Shown here one piece after another: positions 1 through 10,303 of a stretch of DNA of 64,000 bases. Source of the DNA: an uncultured Elusimicrobia bacterium (lineage in GTDB: Bacteria > Elusimicrobiota > Elusimicrobia > 2-01-FULL-59-12); the NCBI GenBank assembly GCA_963702895.1, contig OY969767.1, forward strand, positions 64,001 through 128,000. The letters are read 5' to 3'. Below the pieces are notes generated by a model, which saw only the letters and a program-made list of their open reading frames with translations, did no database searches and was not told the DNA's origin. The translations under genes and the position numbers were made by a program. Position 1 is the first letter of the stretch. The number at the start of each line of letters is the position of its first letter.

Positions 1-3000
1 TTGGAGCCGCCGAGGCCTGTAGAGATCTCGACCTGGATGGTGTTCAGGCCCGCGAGGTCATCGGAGGAGGTGCCGAACATGCCGATGGTGGCGCTGGAGA
101 TGGTGGCGTTGGCATGGGGATAGGTGATGGCGCCGGCGGGGGCGACAAAGTCAACATTAAAGGATACGCTGATCGGCGTACTTTGATTGCCCCCCCCTGT
201 CCCATCACCCAGGGACGCCTTGTCTATCCCCCGGGCCTTGAGCGTCATCACGTGACTCGCATCGGTTGGCCAGACGATATCTTTCACATAAAGCCATCCC
301 GTGCCGGCGTTGAACCATGAGTTCGTATCCGTGACCGTGAACGAGGAGAACTGGTCCGCGTTCCCATCCCAGTAGTAGGTATCCGGCACAAGAAGATAGG
401 AAATCTGTATTTGTGTCTGATTGACACCCGATGCCAAGGCGCCCGGATCGGAGACCGTGCCCGTGAACCGGCTTGTCGTGCCCGATTTCCCGATGTTGTC
501 CGGCATATACGAGTTGCCCATGGTCGGCGGAGCGGTGATGGTGACCGCGGGCACCGCTTTATCGATGACGATCGTGAGCGAAGACGTTCCCACGACAAAG
601 TTGTCCTGCGCGTTGCCCGCCACATCGATGGCCTGACTGACGATCGTGTAGCGCCTGTTATTCTGAAACTTGGAATCCAGGTTCGCCGGCGCGTACATCC
701 AGGAGGTGGCGTCAGGCGAGAGCCATGTCGCCAGCAAAAAGTGCGGCGTGCTTTGGGTGACATTGAAGCCGGAACCGTCAAACCAGGCGGTGTCGGTCGG
801 GCTGTAAATGGCGATCTTCGCCTGACTGTTCGTCAGGCCATCGGCGGCGGTTCCTGAAAGCGACGGCAAACTGCGGATCGCTGTAAGACCGCTGGCGGGC
901 ACGACGATCGTGGAGGTCGGGAAAGCGATATCGTAGGTGAAACCGCCATGGGCAATGTCGACATAATTGCCCGCCTTGTCCGTGACCAGTTCATGAACGA
1001 CATACGAGCGGCCATGTTCCCATGTCCCCGTCCCCGTGTTGATCTGGAAGTAGGTGGTGGTGTAGCTCCAAACCCCTGCGTTGAGGCTGGCGGTGAGATC
1101 GGTCGCCGCGCCCGCGGCGACGGTGAACGTCGAAGCTTGCCAGTTCCAGAACTTCGTTGGATCTTCGCTCCGGGCGACGCGGAAAACAACGGTCTGGACC
1201 TGTCCGGGAGAGGTGTCCGAAGCGGTCCCGGTCAGCGTCGGCAGACTGTTGATTGAGGCGCGGGCATCCGGAAGCGTAACGGTCCCGCCGGGGGCCGTAT
1301 TGTCCACGACAAACGTCGCGGTTTGACCGGGAGACTCCAGCAGGCTCGCGTTGCCGTTATAACTGTAGGACGTGACGCGGTACAGATGATTGGTGGTCCA
1401 TTTTCCAATGGGGATTTCGGTGAATTGCCAGCTGGCGGACAGGAAGCTGCCGGTAAACGAGTTGACGAATCGGGTGCCGTTGAAGGTATCGGTGGATACA
1501 AAATCGGATCCATTCCACGCTTGATCGTCATTGCCCGCGCCGCACGTGAGATCCACGCCGCAGTCGATGACCTGGACGTACACGGTGGTGCTGTTGATGG
1601 CGGTTCCCTGGAGGATCACGGAACCGGGCTTCCAATGGGGCACGGTTCCGTCCGGAGACGTCAGGGTGCTGGCGGGCGAAGGGGCCTGCATGACAATTTG
1701 TATGTATGGACTTCCCAGGGCGGTCGCTCCGGGCTTGGTGGTTTCATTGCCCGCCGCGTCCACTCCCTTGACAAACATCTGATAGGTGATCCCGCCGAGG
1801 CTCGTCACCCAGGTCGGGACATTTCTTTCACTGTAGAGCGCTCCCCAGGTCCCCGCGCCGGCATTGAAGGTCGTGGTGGAGAATTCTTCGGTGACGGCGC
1901 TGAACGAGTCCGTGGCTTGGTGCCACCAGCGGTTCGTATCCACGCGGTAATAAGAGACTTTGACTTCACTGAGCGTGCCGGGGGCGGGATCGCTAACGGT
2001 CCCTGTGACCGAGCTGATGTTGACGGCTGTCGGGGTGGCGTTGGGCCATGAAATGGTTGATGACGGAGCGATAAAGTCGGCCGTAAACGAAACGGTGGCA
2101 AACGAGACGCCGGTATTGCCTGCTTTGTCGAGGATGGAAGCTTCGGCGCTGAAGGCGGCGTTGGTCACCCAGGCATTGTCGGTGAGGACCCAGGCGGTGG
2201 TGTCCGGGGAGAGCCATGTGTTGAGCCAGGTATTGCTTTGGGTCGTCCAGGACGAGCCGGTCCAGAAGTAATTGTAAGCGTTCGTGCTGATTCGGACGCG
2301 GACCTGGTTGACTTTTCCCGGCGATGAGTCAAGACACGTTCCTTGAACGAGGCCCGTTTGCGAGATGTATCCGCTGTTGGTCGGGTACGAAATCGTGACG
2401 GTTGGTTTATTGACGTCATAAACGAAAGTATAGGTGGTTAAATGGACTTCGAGATTGCCAGGTGCGTCCTGCGCTCTGGGTGTGACGGCATACGTCAGAT
2501 TGGGGGTCCAATCGACCGCGGCCAGGCTGTAGCTCCATCCGGACGACATGCCCGTCGCGCTGACCGATGGAAGGTTGGTCAGCGCGGGGCCCCCGCCCGG
2601 CTCCTCGACCCAGGCGCCCGTTTTGTCCCAATAGTTAGTGGTCGCGCCCGCGAACTGGCGGAAAAGGACATAGACGGACTGAAGCTGAACGTTATCCCGG
2701 GCCGTTCCATCCAGAACGGAGGGAGGGACGGCATAGTGCGTGTCGTCGGCCGGGGGTGTTGTAATGTCATCGACATCCGGTCGTTCCGTCGGAAGGGGAT
2801 TATAAATATCGTAGGTGACAATTTTGTAGTTCGGGAACGACGTCTGGACATTCGGGCTGGGGGTGGCCTCGTCCACGGTCCGTGAATAAATGTAATACGT
2901 GCTGCCCGAGGTCAAGGCGGGCATGGGGTAAGACCATGTACCGCTGGAGCTCGATGGGCCATAGGCCGTGTAGACACTGTTGAGCCAGTAGGCGTCGCCT

Positions 3001-6000
3001 GTCAAATTTCCGCCCGGCCAGGATCCGCCCCCCGCGTACGTTTCCGTTAACTGGCTGTTGAACAGGCGGATCTGGAGGTTGGCGACGCGTCCGCCCGGCG
3101 CGTTCGCCGATACGGCTGTCGGAAGGTCGCCGGCCGTGCCCGTCACCGTGGCGAGCGTGTTGACGATGGAGTTCATGACGACATTGGTGATGTCGCTGAC
3201 GCCTTTGGTCTGATCAACCACAAAGGTGGCGGAGCTTAACAACACGACGGTTTGACCCTTCTCCCAGTTGGTCGCGGCATCTTGCGACTTCACGAACGCG
3301 GCGATCCTATGCCCTTCGCGATTGGTCGGGGCTGTCCACATGGTTCCCGGGACCGTCAAGGACCAGGTGTAGGTGTTGCTGTTGCCGGATGTCCCGGAGG
3401 GGGTTAACGTGCCCGCGGGAGTGTAGCGATTCTGTTCCGGCGTCGCGTCCCCGCTGGTCAGCCATTGGCTGCCGATGGAGTCCCACCAATCTCCATTCGA
3501 CAAGTCCACAATCTTGACGCGGACGTCCGAAACCTGGCCCGGGATGGTGTCCAGCGCCCCTCCCGAGATCGAGGTGAGCGAGGTGTAATATTGCCCGTTG
3601 GTGATGCTCGTAATCGAGGAGGTAGGCTGTGAGACATCGTAAGTGAAAGCCGCGTTGATGCTGCTTATTTCGTCGGCAATCGGCGTGATATTGCCGAGGC
3701 TGTCTGTTCCTCGGCCGGTGGCCCGGTAGTATTGGCCGTCGCTCCAGATGGAGTCGGGGTTGTCGTAAGTCCAGTTGCCGCCGGCGCACGTTCCGTTACA
3801 AGCCATGGACCAGGTACTGGAGGCCACCCAGCTGTTTGTAAAGCCGCTCCACCAATATAACGGAGAGGATCCGTTGTTGGCGGCACTTGAGACTCGAAGT
3901 TCAACCCAAGCGACCGTCGCCTGGTGTGCCAGCGGATAGTCCTGGTAGTTTCCTGTGATTTCGGTGACGCTGTTGCGGTATCCCGAAGCCGGCTGGACGT
4001 TGGAAATGACAACAGCTTCGGTGTCAAGATAAACGATATGTGATGACACGCCAACACTGAAATCCCCTTGCGCATTGCCTGCAGTGTCTTGTGCCCGCGA
4101 AACCACCAGGATCGTATCGCCGCTTCTGACATTTTGGCCGACATTGGGAATCGACCCAGCCGGCATAGTCACTGTCCAGGAGCTGGCCCAAAGGTTGGCT
4201 TGAGGCCAACCGGAGGCGGCGGGAGCGGGTCCCGGCTGCCACTGCGTTCCATCCCAATATTTATTGACCGTGAGATCGTGCACCAAATAGCGGACGCTAT
4301 TCACTCCTGAGTCGCGGTCAAAGTGATTGCCGTGCAAGAATGGATCGGCAGCGATGTTACCTCCGTCTTGTATGGAGATAACGCTCGCTGTGGGATAAAG
4401 AACGTCCCACCAGTAAGTGATGCTGCTGGAGGTCACCTGCCAATCTTGTTCGTTTGAGGATACCGCGTCCGTACCATCGCGCGAGCGGTCGCGCGCGGTG
4501 ACGATGATCGTGAAAGACGATCCGCTGATGGACATGGATGAAAAATCAACCCCGAGATTGTAGGCGTCATCATCCCACTCCAGATCATTAAAAGGAAGGT
4601 TCCAGCTTTGGGATTGTGTTTCTGAAGGATCGGCGAAGGTGACGTTGTTGTCGCGGTCATCTCGGGCGTTAACGCCTTGCCCCGCTGCAGGCTCCCAGCC
4701 GGCAACGGTCCAATACGAATTGTCAATGTTGCGCTTAATGCGAACACGAACGCCCTCCAGATATTGCCGCGACTGATCGCTGGCTGTTCCCGTGATGGAG
4801 GTGAACGGGGACTTTCGCCAGGAGCCATGTCCCGGGGAAGTCACGGCCGATACCGGACTCGAGTTGTCCACCACATAATTCCGGGAGGCGGCCACTGGCA
4901 TGAGCTGCGTGTTTCCCGCCGCATCTTCGGCGACCGCTTCAATGGTGAATTGCTGGTTGTTGTAGACATTGGTCGTGAACGTGATGTTCCAGGCATTTGT
5001 CCCTGTGGCCGGGAAATACCGCCGGGTGGTGTTGGGGAATGACGGGTTGCTTGTATTGCCGTCCCAATATTCGCCGTTGCTGTTCACGATGCCGACCGAT
5101 GTGACACGAATCACAAACGCGTCCTGCGCGGTGCCTGCGATCTGTGTAAAAGGTTTGTACGTGCCCAGCTCCGTCCCCGGGAACGTGATGGTCGCGGTCG
5201 GAGACGTCATATCGACAACAAAGGCATTGGTGGAACCGCTCACCATCCAGTTGCCGGCGCGGTCTTGAACCTGCACTCCAACGTAATAGGTTGTTTGATC
5301 CGTCCATGCGGAAGCCGAAATGGTGGATTGCCATACACCTCCTGACCAGGAACTGGTTGCCAGATAAACGATACTACCCCCCCAGCCGGCCGCATTCTGG
5401 TTCCAGTATTGGCCGTCTTCTCTCTGTAAATTGATCGAGATCCGACCGACGGCTCCGGGTGAGGTATCCGCGGCCGTCCCTATGAGCGTCCCGAGCGATC
5501 CGGCACGGTAATAGCCCGATGTGCCGCTTAAGTTGGCGGGATGTGTTACAGCAGCTGTGCCCGGGGTGGTATCAAAGATGATCGTTGCGTTTGTTGTAGG
5601 GTTTTGCGTGTTACGGGCATTGTCGATAGCACGCACCCGGATGGTGTACTGACGGCTATTGGTCCATAGGGCTCCTAAGCTGCCTAAAGACCATGCTGTT
5701 GTTCCAGAGGCATCGTTCCATGCGGCCGTGCTCGAAATGTTTGTCCATCCGCTTCCCACGATGTAGTAGGTGCTGGCGAAAGATAAATCTTGAATCAGGA
5801 CTTGAACCTTGCGGATACCGGAAGAATTGTTCCCGCCGCCATCACTGGCTGTGCCACTGATTGTTGAAAGAGCGTTATAGTGTTGCCCATCCAGAGGAAC
5901 CGATAAAACCGATGTCGGTGGGCTATAATCCTGGGTGTAGCACAACCAGTAGGAATCAAAGTTGGCTACTTGACCCTCACCGCGGTATCCGCTGAAGAGT

Positions 6001-8663
6001 GTCGGAGAAAAAAGATCGGGGAACGTCAGACCATAGAGCGCTCCGGTTTTATGGTAAATGCGCAATTTGGGTTCAGCGTTCGTCACAACCGCAAACATTT
6101 CATCATTGCCAGGGTTGTTCGGTTCACTGAAAAGCTCAATATTACGAATGGCCGCCGCCGTCACGTCGCTGGCGCGCTCCACTGCATCGAGCAGCACCCC
6201 ATTCCAAGCCCGGTGTCTTAGGTTGACATTCCCATCGGCATAGGCCAGAACAAGTTCAGCACCCGAACGCTGCCATGCGATATCAAAGGGTCGATATTGA
6301 GTAGCGCCTCCGGTCATATTGATTTCAACGTTCTGCTGAGTGCTGCCCCAGCTTCTTGTGGTTGCATTCCAAATGGATAATGTCAGGTCATTATCTGTAT
6401 CCATAAGAGCCAGACCAATCTGGTTTGAATTAGATGTTCCTCGGTTCGTAGCCAGTCTCATCCAGCGCACGACCGGCGCGGCCGGGAGCGCGGCGCCCGC
6501 ATCAAAGTCAAACCCCCCCAGCGCCGTGCCCCACAGTTGGCTTGTGCTGAACCAGACGGTATAGCTCCAGTCCTCTGCGGCGGCGGCATTCGCATAGACA
6601 AGTAAGGCATGAGGATTGACATCATCCCAGTTGTAGGCCAGATCAAACGATTGCTGGGCATTGCCTTGGGCGTCGGTGGTGAGTGTTCGTGTGGACCCGC
6701 TGATCCAAGCCGAGCCGCTCCAGACCGCCGCGAAAATATCGTTATTGGTGTCCATCGCCATCATCACGATTTCATCGGAATTCTCGCTGGGGTTGTTCTC
6801 CATGCGTACCCAAAGGACGGCTCCCGTCCCCGGCCAATCGGGAACTGGCAGTGCCGAACTCCATTCTGTGCCTGAGATCCCACGCGTCACGTACTGGGGA
6901 ACGGCGCTATTGTTGGTGTAAACCAATAAAGCATCGCCCGAATTGCGTTCGAAGGCAAAGTCATAGCCCCGATAGAATGTGCGGCCGTTTTCGGCATCGA
7001 CGGATGATGTAATGTTTTGCGTCGATGACCACACAGACCCGTTATGAGATTGAGAAGCAATCTGACCCTTGTTGTCGAGGGCGACCATAATCTTTTTGTT
7101 TTCTTTGGGTGAAGCTAGGATTTTAACCCAGCGCGGTGTGCCTGCGAGGTTGTTGGAGTAGCTATCCGTCGAGTCCCAGTTGTTGGTCCCGGCTTGAACG
7201 TTGCGCACGCCCACTTTGTAGTTGTTGATCGAGTAAGCCACCACATTCTGTGCCAAGCTGAACAGTGCCCTTTGCGCTGTGTAGGCCAAATACGGGGCCA
7301 ATTCTGTGGCGGTGCTCCAGGAGTCAACCGACCCGTCCCAGCGCTGAAACATGAGTTGCCCCAAACTGTTTTCGCCTGCGATCCAGACATCGCTCGATCC
7401 AACAACACCGTACATTTCAATTTTCCTGAGAGTACTGCCCCCGAAACTATTCATGGTTAGTTCGATCCCCAGGCCGCCGCTTTGGGTCCAAATGCGATAA
7501 CGCGGCGAGTTTACGCCATTTTCGGCGTAGGATAGGATGGCCTGGCTGCTGTATTGCTCAAAAGCCACTTGAATAATGGGCAACGTGTTTGATTGTCCAT
7601 TGGTTTCAAGAGCGGAATCAGCCGTTAGGTTTTGCCAGGCGCCATTCACCAGGGCGCCGAAGCTCACGTCGTTTCCCGCATCCAAGGCAGTGACGACAAT
7701 TCTATTGGTCGCGGCTCGATCGGCTCGCGCAAACAGCCATGTGAAGGTGGTATTGTTGCCGTCAAGATCAATGCCGTTATCCGCGACGGCCGTCCATGCT
7801 CCGCCATCGTCCGAGTAAGCCACATCCATTTGATCGCTTGTGGTTCCTGCCGCGAAAACATAGGCTCGACCCGTTGTCGATGCAAAGGCAATATCAAAGG
7901 TTCGTCCGCTATTGCCCCCCTCAAACGTGTTGCCCAGGATTGTTCCATTGGTCAGGGTGGTCCAAGCCCCGGCCGTCTGCGCGTTAAGCCATATCGCGTA
8001 GAGTTCGCCGGTGTCAGCGGATTCGGATGCCACGATGGCGATACGCTTCGAACCTGTCCGGGGCTGGGCTTCGACACGAACCCAGCGATAAGCGACAGCC
8101 CCTGGCTCGGCGGGGAAGGTTCGATTGGTGGTCCAGGTGGTTCCATCCCAGCTGGCGAAGAGCAGTTGAGCGCCGTCGGTTGTCCCCCCTTGGCTGTAGA
8201 CAACGACGAAGGAGCTGCCTTCCCATTCATAGGCTCCGTCAAAGGGCTGGTAGGCAACGAGCGCCGAAAGGTTGGTTGAAAGCGTAGTGGTTTTGGTCGG
8301 ATCCCATGCGCTCCCATTCCAGACCATGGCGACCAGTCGCCCATCGCTTTGAAGAACGATTTTCACACGCTCATCCGGCCTGGGTCCGTCTACGGGGGGT
8401 GCATAAATCTTAATGACTTGTGGAATAGCCTCTGATCCGGAGACCGCGTCTCCGATCGTTTCATCTTCCCAGCTGTTCGATCCGCTATTCCACTCCCGTG
8501 AAATGGGTTTGTACTCAATGCGGTTGTAGCCAACCAAGGCATCACTGGCGGCGTGCAGGTTTTCTGTGATGGCACTCAAAAAGGCGATCAGGCCCAAGAC
8601 AGCAAACCATCCCAACGGGGTTTGTCGTCTGGGGGCCATCCGATTTTTGACTCCTGCCATCAT
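1..8663 (-). CDS. Giant secreted/surface protein (>2,887 aa, runs off the left edge): signal peptide, Trp-rich propeller-like N-terminal region, ~16 bacterial Ig-like repeats
   Basis: Not in the ORF track because no stop lies inside the window. ATG at 8663 overlaps the upstream TGA (ATGA). Starts MMAGVKNRMAPRRQTPLGWFAVLGLIAFLSAITENLHA. The same frame reads ...TPISVSFNVDFVAPAGAITYPHANATISS...GLNTIQVEIS near position 3, and no terminated ORF in this frame appears in the track. Repeats of ~120-140 aa: D-x-x-x-P..I..P..GTA.D..YW.G..W..D.AGN. Confidence 0.88.
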   Translation of the reverse strand, partial: MMAGVKNRMAPRRQTPLGWFAVLGLIAFLSAITENLHAASDALVGYNRIEYKPISREWNSGSNSWEDETIGDAVSGSEAIPQVIKIYAPPVDGPRPDERVKIVLQSDGRLVAMVWNGSAWDPTKTTTLSTNLSALVAYQPFDGAYEWEGSSFVVVYSQGGTTDGAQLLFASWDGTTWTTNRTFPAEPGAVAYRWVRVEAQPRTGSKRIAIVASESADTGELYAIWLNAQTAGAWTTLTNGTILGNTFEGGNSGRTFDIAFASTTGRAYVFAAGTTSDQMDVAYSDDGGAWTAVADNGIDLDGNNTTFTWLFARADRAATNRIVVTALDAGNDVSFGALVNGAWQNLTADSALETNGQSNTLPIIQVAFEQYSSQAILSYAENGVNSPRYRIWTQSGGLGIELTMNSFGGSTLRKIEMYGVVGSSDVWIAGENSLGQLMFQRWDGSVDSWSTATELAPYLAYTAQRALFSLAQNVVAYSINNYKVGVRNVQAGTNNWDSTDSYSNNLAGTPRWVKILASPKENKKIMVALDNKGQIASQSHNGSVWSSTQNITSSVDAENGRTFYRGYDFAFERNSGDALLVYTNNSAVPQYVTRGISGTEWSSALPVPDWPGTGAVLWVRMENNPSENSDEIVMMAMDTNNDIFAAVWSGSAWISGSTRTLTTDAQGNAQQSFDLAYNWDDVNPHALLVYANAAAAEDWSYTVWFSTSQLWGTALGGFDFDAGAALPAAPVVRWMRLATNRGTSNSNQIGLALMDTDNDLTLSIWNATTRSWGSTQQNVEINMTGGATQYRPFDIAWQRSGAELVLAYADGNVNLRHRAWNGVLLDAVERASDVTAAAIRNIELFSEPNNPGNDEMFAVVTNAEPKLRIYHKTGALYGLTFPDLFSPTLFSGYRGEGQVANFDSYWLCYTQDYSPPTSVLSVPLDGQHYNALSTISGTASDGGGNNSSGIRKVQVLIQDLSFASTYYIVGSGWTNISSTAAWNDASGTTAWSLGSLGALWTNSRQYTIRVRAIDNARNTQNPTTNATIIFDTTPGTAAVTHPANLSGTSGYYRAGSLGTLIGTAADTSPGAVGRISINLQREDGQYWNQNAAGWGGSIVYLATSSWSGGVWQSTISASAWTDQTTYYVGVQVQDRAGNWMVSGSTNAFVVDMTSPTATITFPGTELGTYKPFTQIAGTAQDAFVIRVTSVGIVNSNGEYWDGNTSNPSFPNTTRRYFPATGTNAWNITFTTNVYNNQQFTIEAVAEDAAGNTQLMPVAASRNYVVDNSSPVSAVTSPGHGSWRKSPFTSITGTASDQSRQYLEGVRVRIKRNIDNSYWTVAGWEPAAGQGVNARDDRDNNVTFADPSETQSQSWNLPFNDLEWDDDAYNLGVDFSSMSISGSSFTIIVTARDRSRDGTDAVSSNEQDWQVTSSSITYWWDVLYPTASVISIQDGGNIAADPFLHGNHFDRDSGVNSVRYLVHDLTVNKYWDGTQWQPGPAPAASGWPQANLWASSWTVTMPAGSIPNVGQNVRSGDTILVVSRAQDTAGNAQGDFSVGVSSHIVYLDTEAVVISNVQPASGYRNSVTEITGNYQDYPLAHQATVAWVELRVSSAANNGSSPLYWWSGFTNSWVASSTWSMACNGTCAGGNWTYDNPDSIWSDGQYYRATGRGTDSLGNITPIADEISSINAAFTYDVSQPTSSITSITNGQYYTSLTSISGGALDTIPGQVSDVRVKIVDLSNGDWWDSIGSQWLTSGDATPEQNRYTPAGTLTPSGTSGNSNTYTWSLTVPGTMWTAPTNREGHRIAAFVKSQDAATNWEKGQTVVLLSSATFVVDQTKGVSDITNVVMNSIVNTLATVTGTAGDLPTAVSANAPGGRVANLQIRLFNSQLTETYAGGGSWPGGNLTGDAYWLNSVYTAYGPSSSSGTWSYPMPALTSGSTYYIYSRTVDEATPSPNVQTSFPNYKIVTYDIYNPLPTERPDVDDITTPPADDTHYAVPPSVLDGTARDNVQLQSVYVLFRQFAGATTNYWDKTGAWVEEPGGGPALTNLPSVSATGMSSGWSYSLAAVDWTPNLTYAVTPRAQDAPGNLEVHLTTYTFVYDVNKPTVTISYPTNSGYISQTGLVQGTCLDSSPGKVNQVRVRISTNAYNYFWTGSSWTTQSNTWLNTWLSPDTTAWVLTDNAWVTNAAFSAEASILDKAGNTGVSFATVSFTADFIAPSSTISWPNATPTAVNISSVTGTVSDPAPGTLSEVKVSYYRVDTNRWWHQATDSFSAVTEEFSTTTFNAGAGTWGALYSERNVPTWVTSLGGITYQMFVKGVDAAGNETTKPGATALGSPYIQIVMQAPSPASTLTSPDGTVPHWKPGSVILQGTAINSTTVYVQVIDCGVDLTCGAGNDDQAWNGSDFVSTDTFNGTRFVNSFTGSFLSASWQFTEIPIGKWTTNHLYRVTSYSYNGNASLLESPGQTATFVVDNTAPGGTVTLPDARASINSLPTLTGTASDTSPGQVQTVVFRVARSEDPTKFWNWQASTFTVAAGAATDLTASLNAGVWSYTTTYFQINTGTGTWEHGRSYVVHELVTDKAGNYVDIAHGGFTYDIAFPTSTIVVPASGLTAIRSLPSLSGTAADGLTNSQAKIAIYSPTDTAWFDGSGFNVTQSTPHFLLATWLSPDATSWMYAPANLDSKFQNNRRYTIVSQAIDVAGNAQDNFVVGTSSLTIVIDKAVPAVTITAPPTMGNSYMPDNIGKSGTTSRFTGTVSDPGALASGVNQTQIQISYLLVPDTYYWDGNADQFSSFTVTDTNSWFNAGTGWLYVKDIVWPTDASHVMTLKARGIDKASLGDGTGGGNQSTPISVSFNVDFVAPAGAITYPHANATISSATIGMFGTSSDDLAGLNTIQVEISTGLGGS

Positions 8664-9328
8664 TTGTTTTTGGAGCGCCTCCTCACTGATTCCTGGGCCA
8701 TGCGGCGAATGGTTTCATCTCGATCGGATCGCGCGGCCTCCAAAGCTTTGGCTGAACGCTCTCCGGGGATCCGTCCGAGCGCCTGGACGGCGTTCGCCCG
8801 GCTAGCGGGTCGAGAGCTCTTCAAATACGATTGGATCGCGTCTACGCTCTGCTCGCTCCCGCACAGGCTCAGCGCCTGGAGTATGGCGTCCGTCACATCG
8901 CTGTCTTTCTCTTGTCGCAGAGCATCCAGGAGGGCCCGTTCCGCAAGCGCGCCGCCCAGCAAGCCGGTGACTTGCACCGCGCGCTTACGCACGACGATGT
9001 TTTTTTTCTGGAGCATCGGCGCCAGCTGCGGGATGACGCGTTGTTCGTGTGTCGCCCCGATCTGATCCAGGAGTGCGAGAGTAAAGCGCACGTCTTTCTC
9101 TTGGAGGGCGACGGCGACCAGATTTGCCGCGACAGCTGGGCTAGGAGATTTCGCGAGATTTTCGAGAGCGGCATATTTGCGCTTTCCATCGGAGCTTTTG
9201 ATTTCTGCAAGATCGCTGGTTTCAGCAAAAGCGGTCATCGTGAGCAGAAGCATCACTGCGCAGAAGTTAAATAGACGCGCGCGCGCGAAAAAGAAAATGT
9301 TCTGCCTGGTGAATGTCTCAAAACCCAT
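8660..9328 (-). CDS. Exported HEAT-repeat protein
   Basis: Signal-like N-terminus; repeated 'VRKRAVQVTG' / 'RANAVQALGRI' HEAT motifs; SD GAGGAG; translationally coupled to the giant gene. Confidence 0.8.
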   Translation of the reverse strand: MGFETFTRQNIFFFARARLFNFCAVMLLLTMTAFAETSDLAEIKSSDGKRKYAALENLAKSPSPAVAANLVAVALQEKDVRFTLALLDQIGATHEQRVIPQLAPMLQKKNIVVRKRAVQVTGLLGGALAERALLDALRQEKDSDVTDAILQALSLCGSEQSVDAIQSYLKSSRPASRANAVQALGRIPGERSAKALEAARSDRDETIRRMAQESVRRRSKNK

Positions 9329-9445
9329 AATCGCTCCTCGTTGATTTCTAGACCAGATCCGTCACTTGTTTACAGGCACTTCCGTCTCCCGTCAATGGAA
9401 AAATCGCCAGAAATATGGCGGTTTTTAACGGGGCATCTGAGGGGA

Positions 9446-9949
9446 TTAACAACGCAGGATGAGTTGGTTGGAAACAGCGGGGCGGCAACGCAAAGCGCAA
9501 GAAAGCAGGATCAGAGCGCTACAGGGAAAGAGGGTTATGCACAGGATATGAACATTGTGCACAAAGCGCCGCCCGCTCGTCGGAATCGCTTCCTGAAAAA
9601 GCTCAAATATGGCTTTGGCAGACGAGTAAATCAGATTGTTAAGTAGATGTGAAATTGATTCTATCCAGTCATCCCTCTGAGACACGGCATGAGGCAACGC
9701 GTAAACCAGCAAATGCACCAAGTTTTCACGAAAGAGCGCGTCTAATTCCTGAGTCGCGGAAGCTCGCAGAACGGGTTGATTTTGAGCGTCTCTTACATCA
9801 AGGTCGGAGAGGTCTGCGGCTGTGGGGTGAATGAAAAACGCGATTCCTGCATCCGCATTCCCCACCTTTTCGGATGGGGCCCCCTCACAGAGGGCGGACG
9901 CAGGAATCGCGCAGAAAAATAGTGCAGCAAGAATTATTTTAGTCATCAC
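9446..9949 (-). CDS. Hypothetical exported/membrane protein directly downstream of the c-di-GMP riboswitch
   Basis: Signal peptide MTKIILAALFFCAIPASALC and a C-terminal hydrophobic segment; start follows the aptamer 3' end within a few nt. Confidence 0.55.
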   Translation of the reverse strand: MMTKIILAALFFCAIPASALCEGAPSEKVGNADAGIAFFIHPTAADLSDLDVRDAQNQPVLRASATQELDALFRENLVHLLVYALPHAVSQRDDWIESISHLLNNLIYSSAKAIFELFQEAIPTSGRRFVHNVHILCITLFPCSALILLSCALRCRPAVSNQLILRC

Positions 9950-9952
9950 TTT

Positions 9953-10152
9953 TTCGGTAACCCCGCTGGCCTTCGGCCAACTCAGAACTCAGAATGCAGA
10001 ACGCAGAAATAAATTTCTGAGTTCTGAGCTCTGAGTTCTGAGCTGAGCCGCTAGGCTCGGAGGCTTTGCGCACACACCCTAATTACTTTCCGCCACTACG
10101 TCTCTGGCGGACCCGCCAACGTTGTGATGGCGGGAGGGGAAGCCTTTATCGT
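9953..10152 (-). ncRNA. c-di-GMP-I (GEMM) riboswitch with inserted hairpins
   Basis: Minus strand: CGAUAAAGGC...CGCAAAGCCUCCGAGCCUA...GGCCAGCGGGGUUACCGA matches the GEMM consensus; G20- and C92-equivalent positions present. Confidence 0.8.
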
Positions 10153-10239
10153 CGAGCACGCCTTCAAAGAGCATCACGTCAAATTGGGAACCGGCATGCA
10201 TAGTCTGGGGTATGCCAGAGGCAGCCGGTTCTTGAGAGC

Positions 10240-10268
10240 AGTCTAGCCCCGACACGCAAAAGCGTCAA
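10240..10268 (-). promoter_or_regulatory. sigma70-type promoter for the riboswitch leader
   Basis: TTGACG-17 nt-TAGACT on the minus strand. Confidence 0.65.
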
Positions 10269-10303
10269 GGTTTAAACAGGCTTGTAAATGAATGTGAATC
10301 TAT

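Noticed and set aside
8180..8195. Suspected frameshift at a G-run in the giant gene
   Set aside because: The run is six G (GGG GGG), so the frame is maintained.
114..8575. Many short ORFs in the first 8.6 kb
   Set aside because: Shadow ORFs of the single giant minus-strand gene.
9953..10152. 3',3'-cGAMP (GEMM-Ib) riboswitch
   Set aside because: The discriminator position reads G (CGAUAAAGGC), consistent with c-di-GMP.
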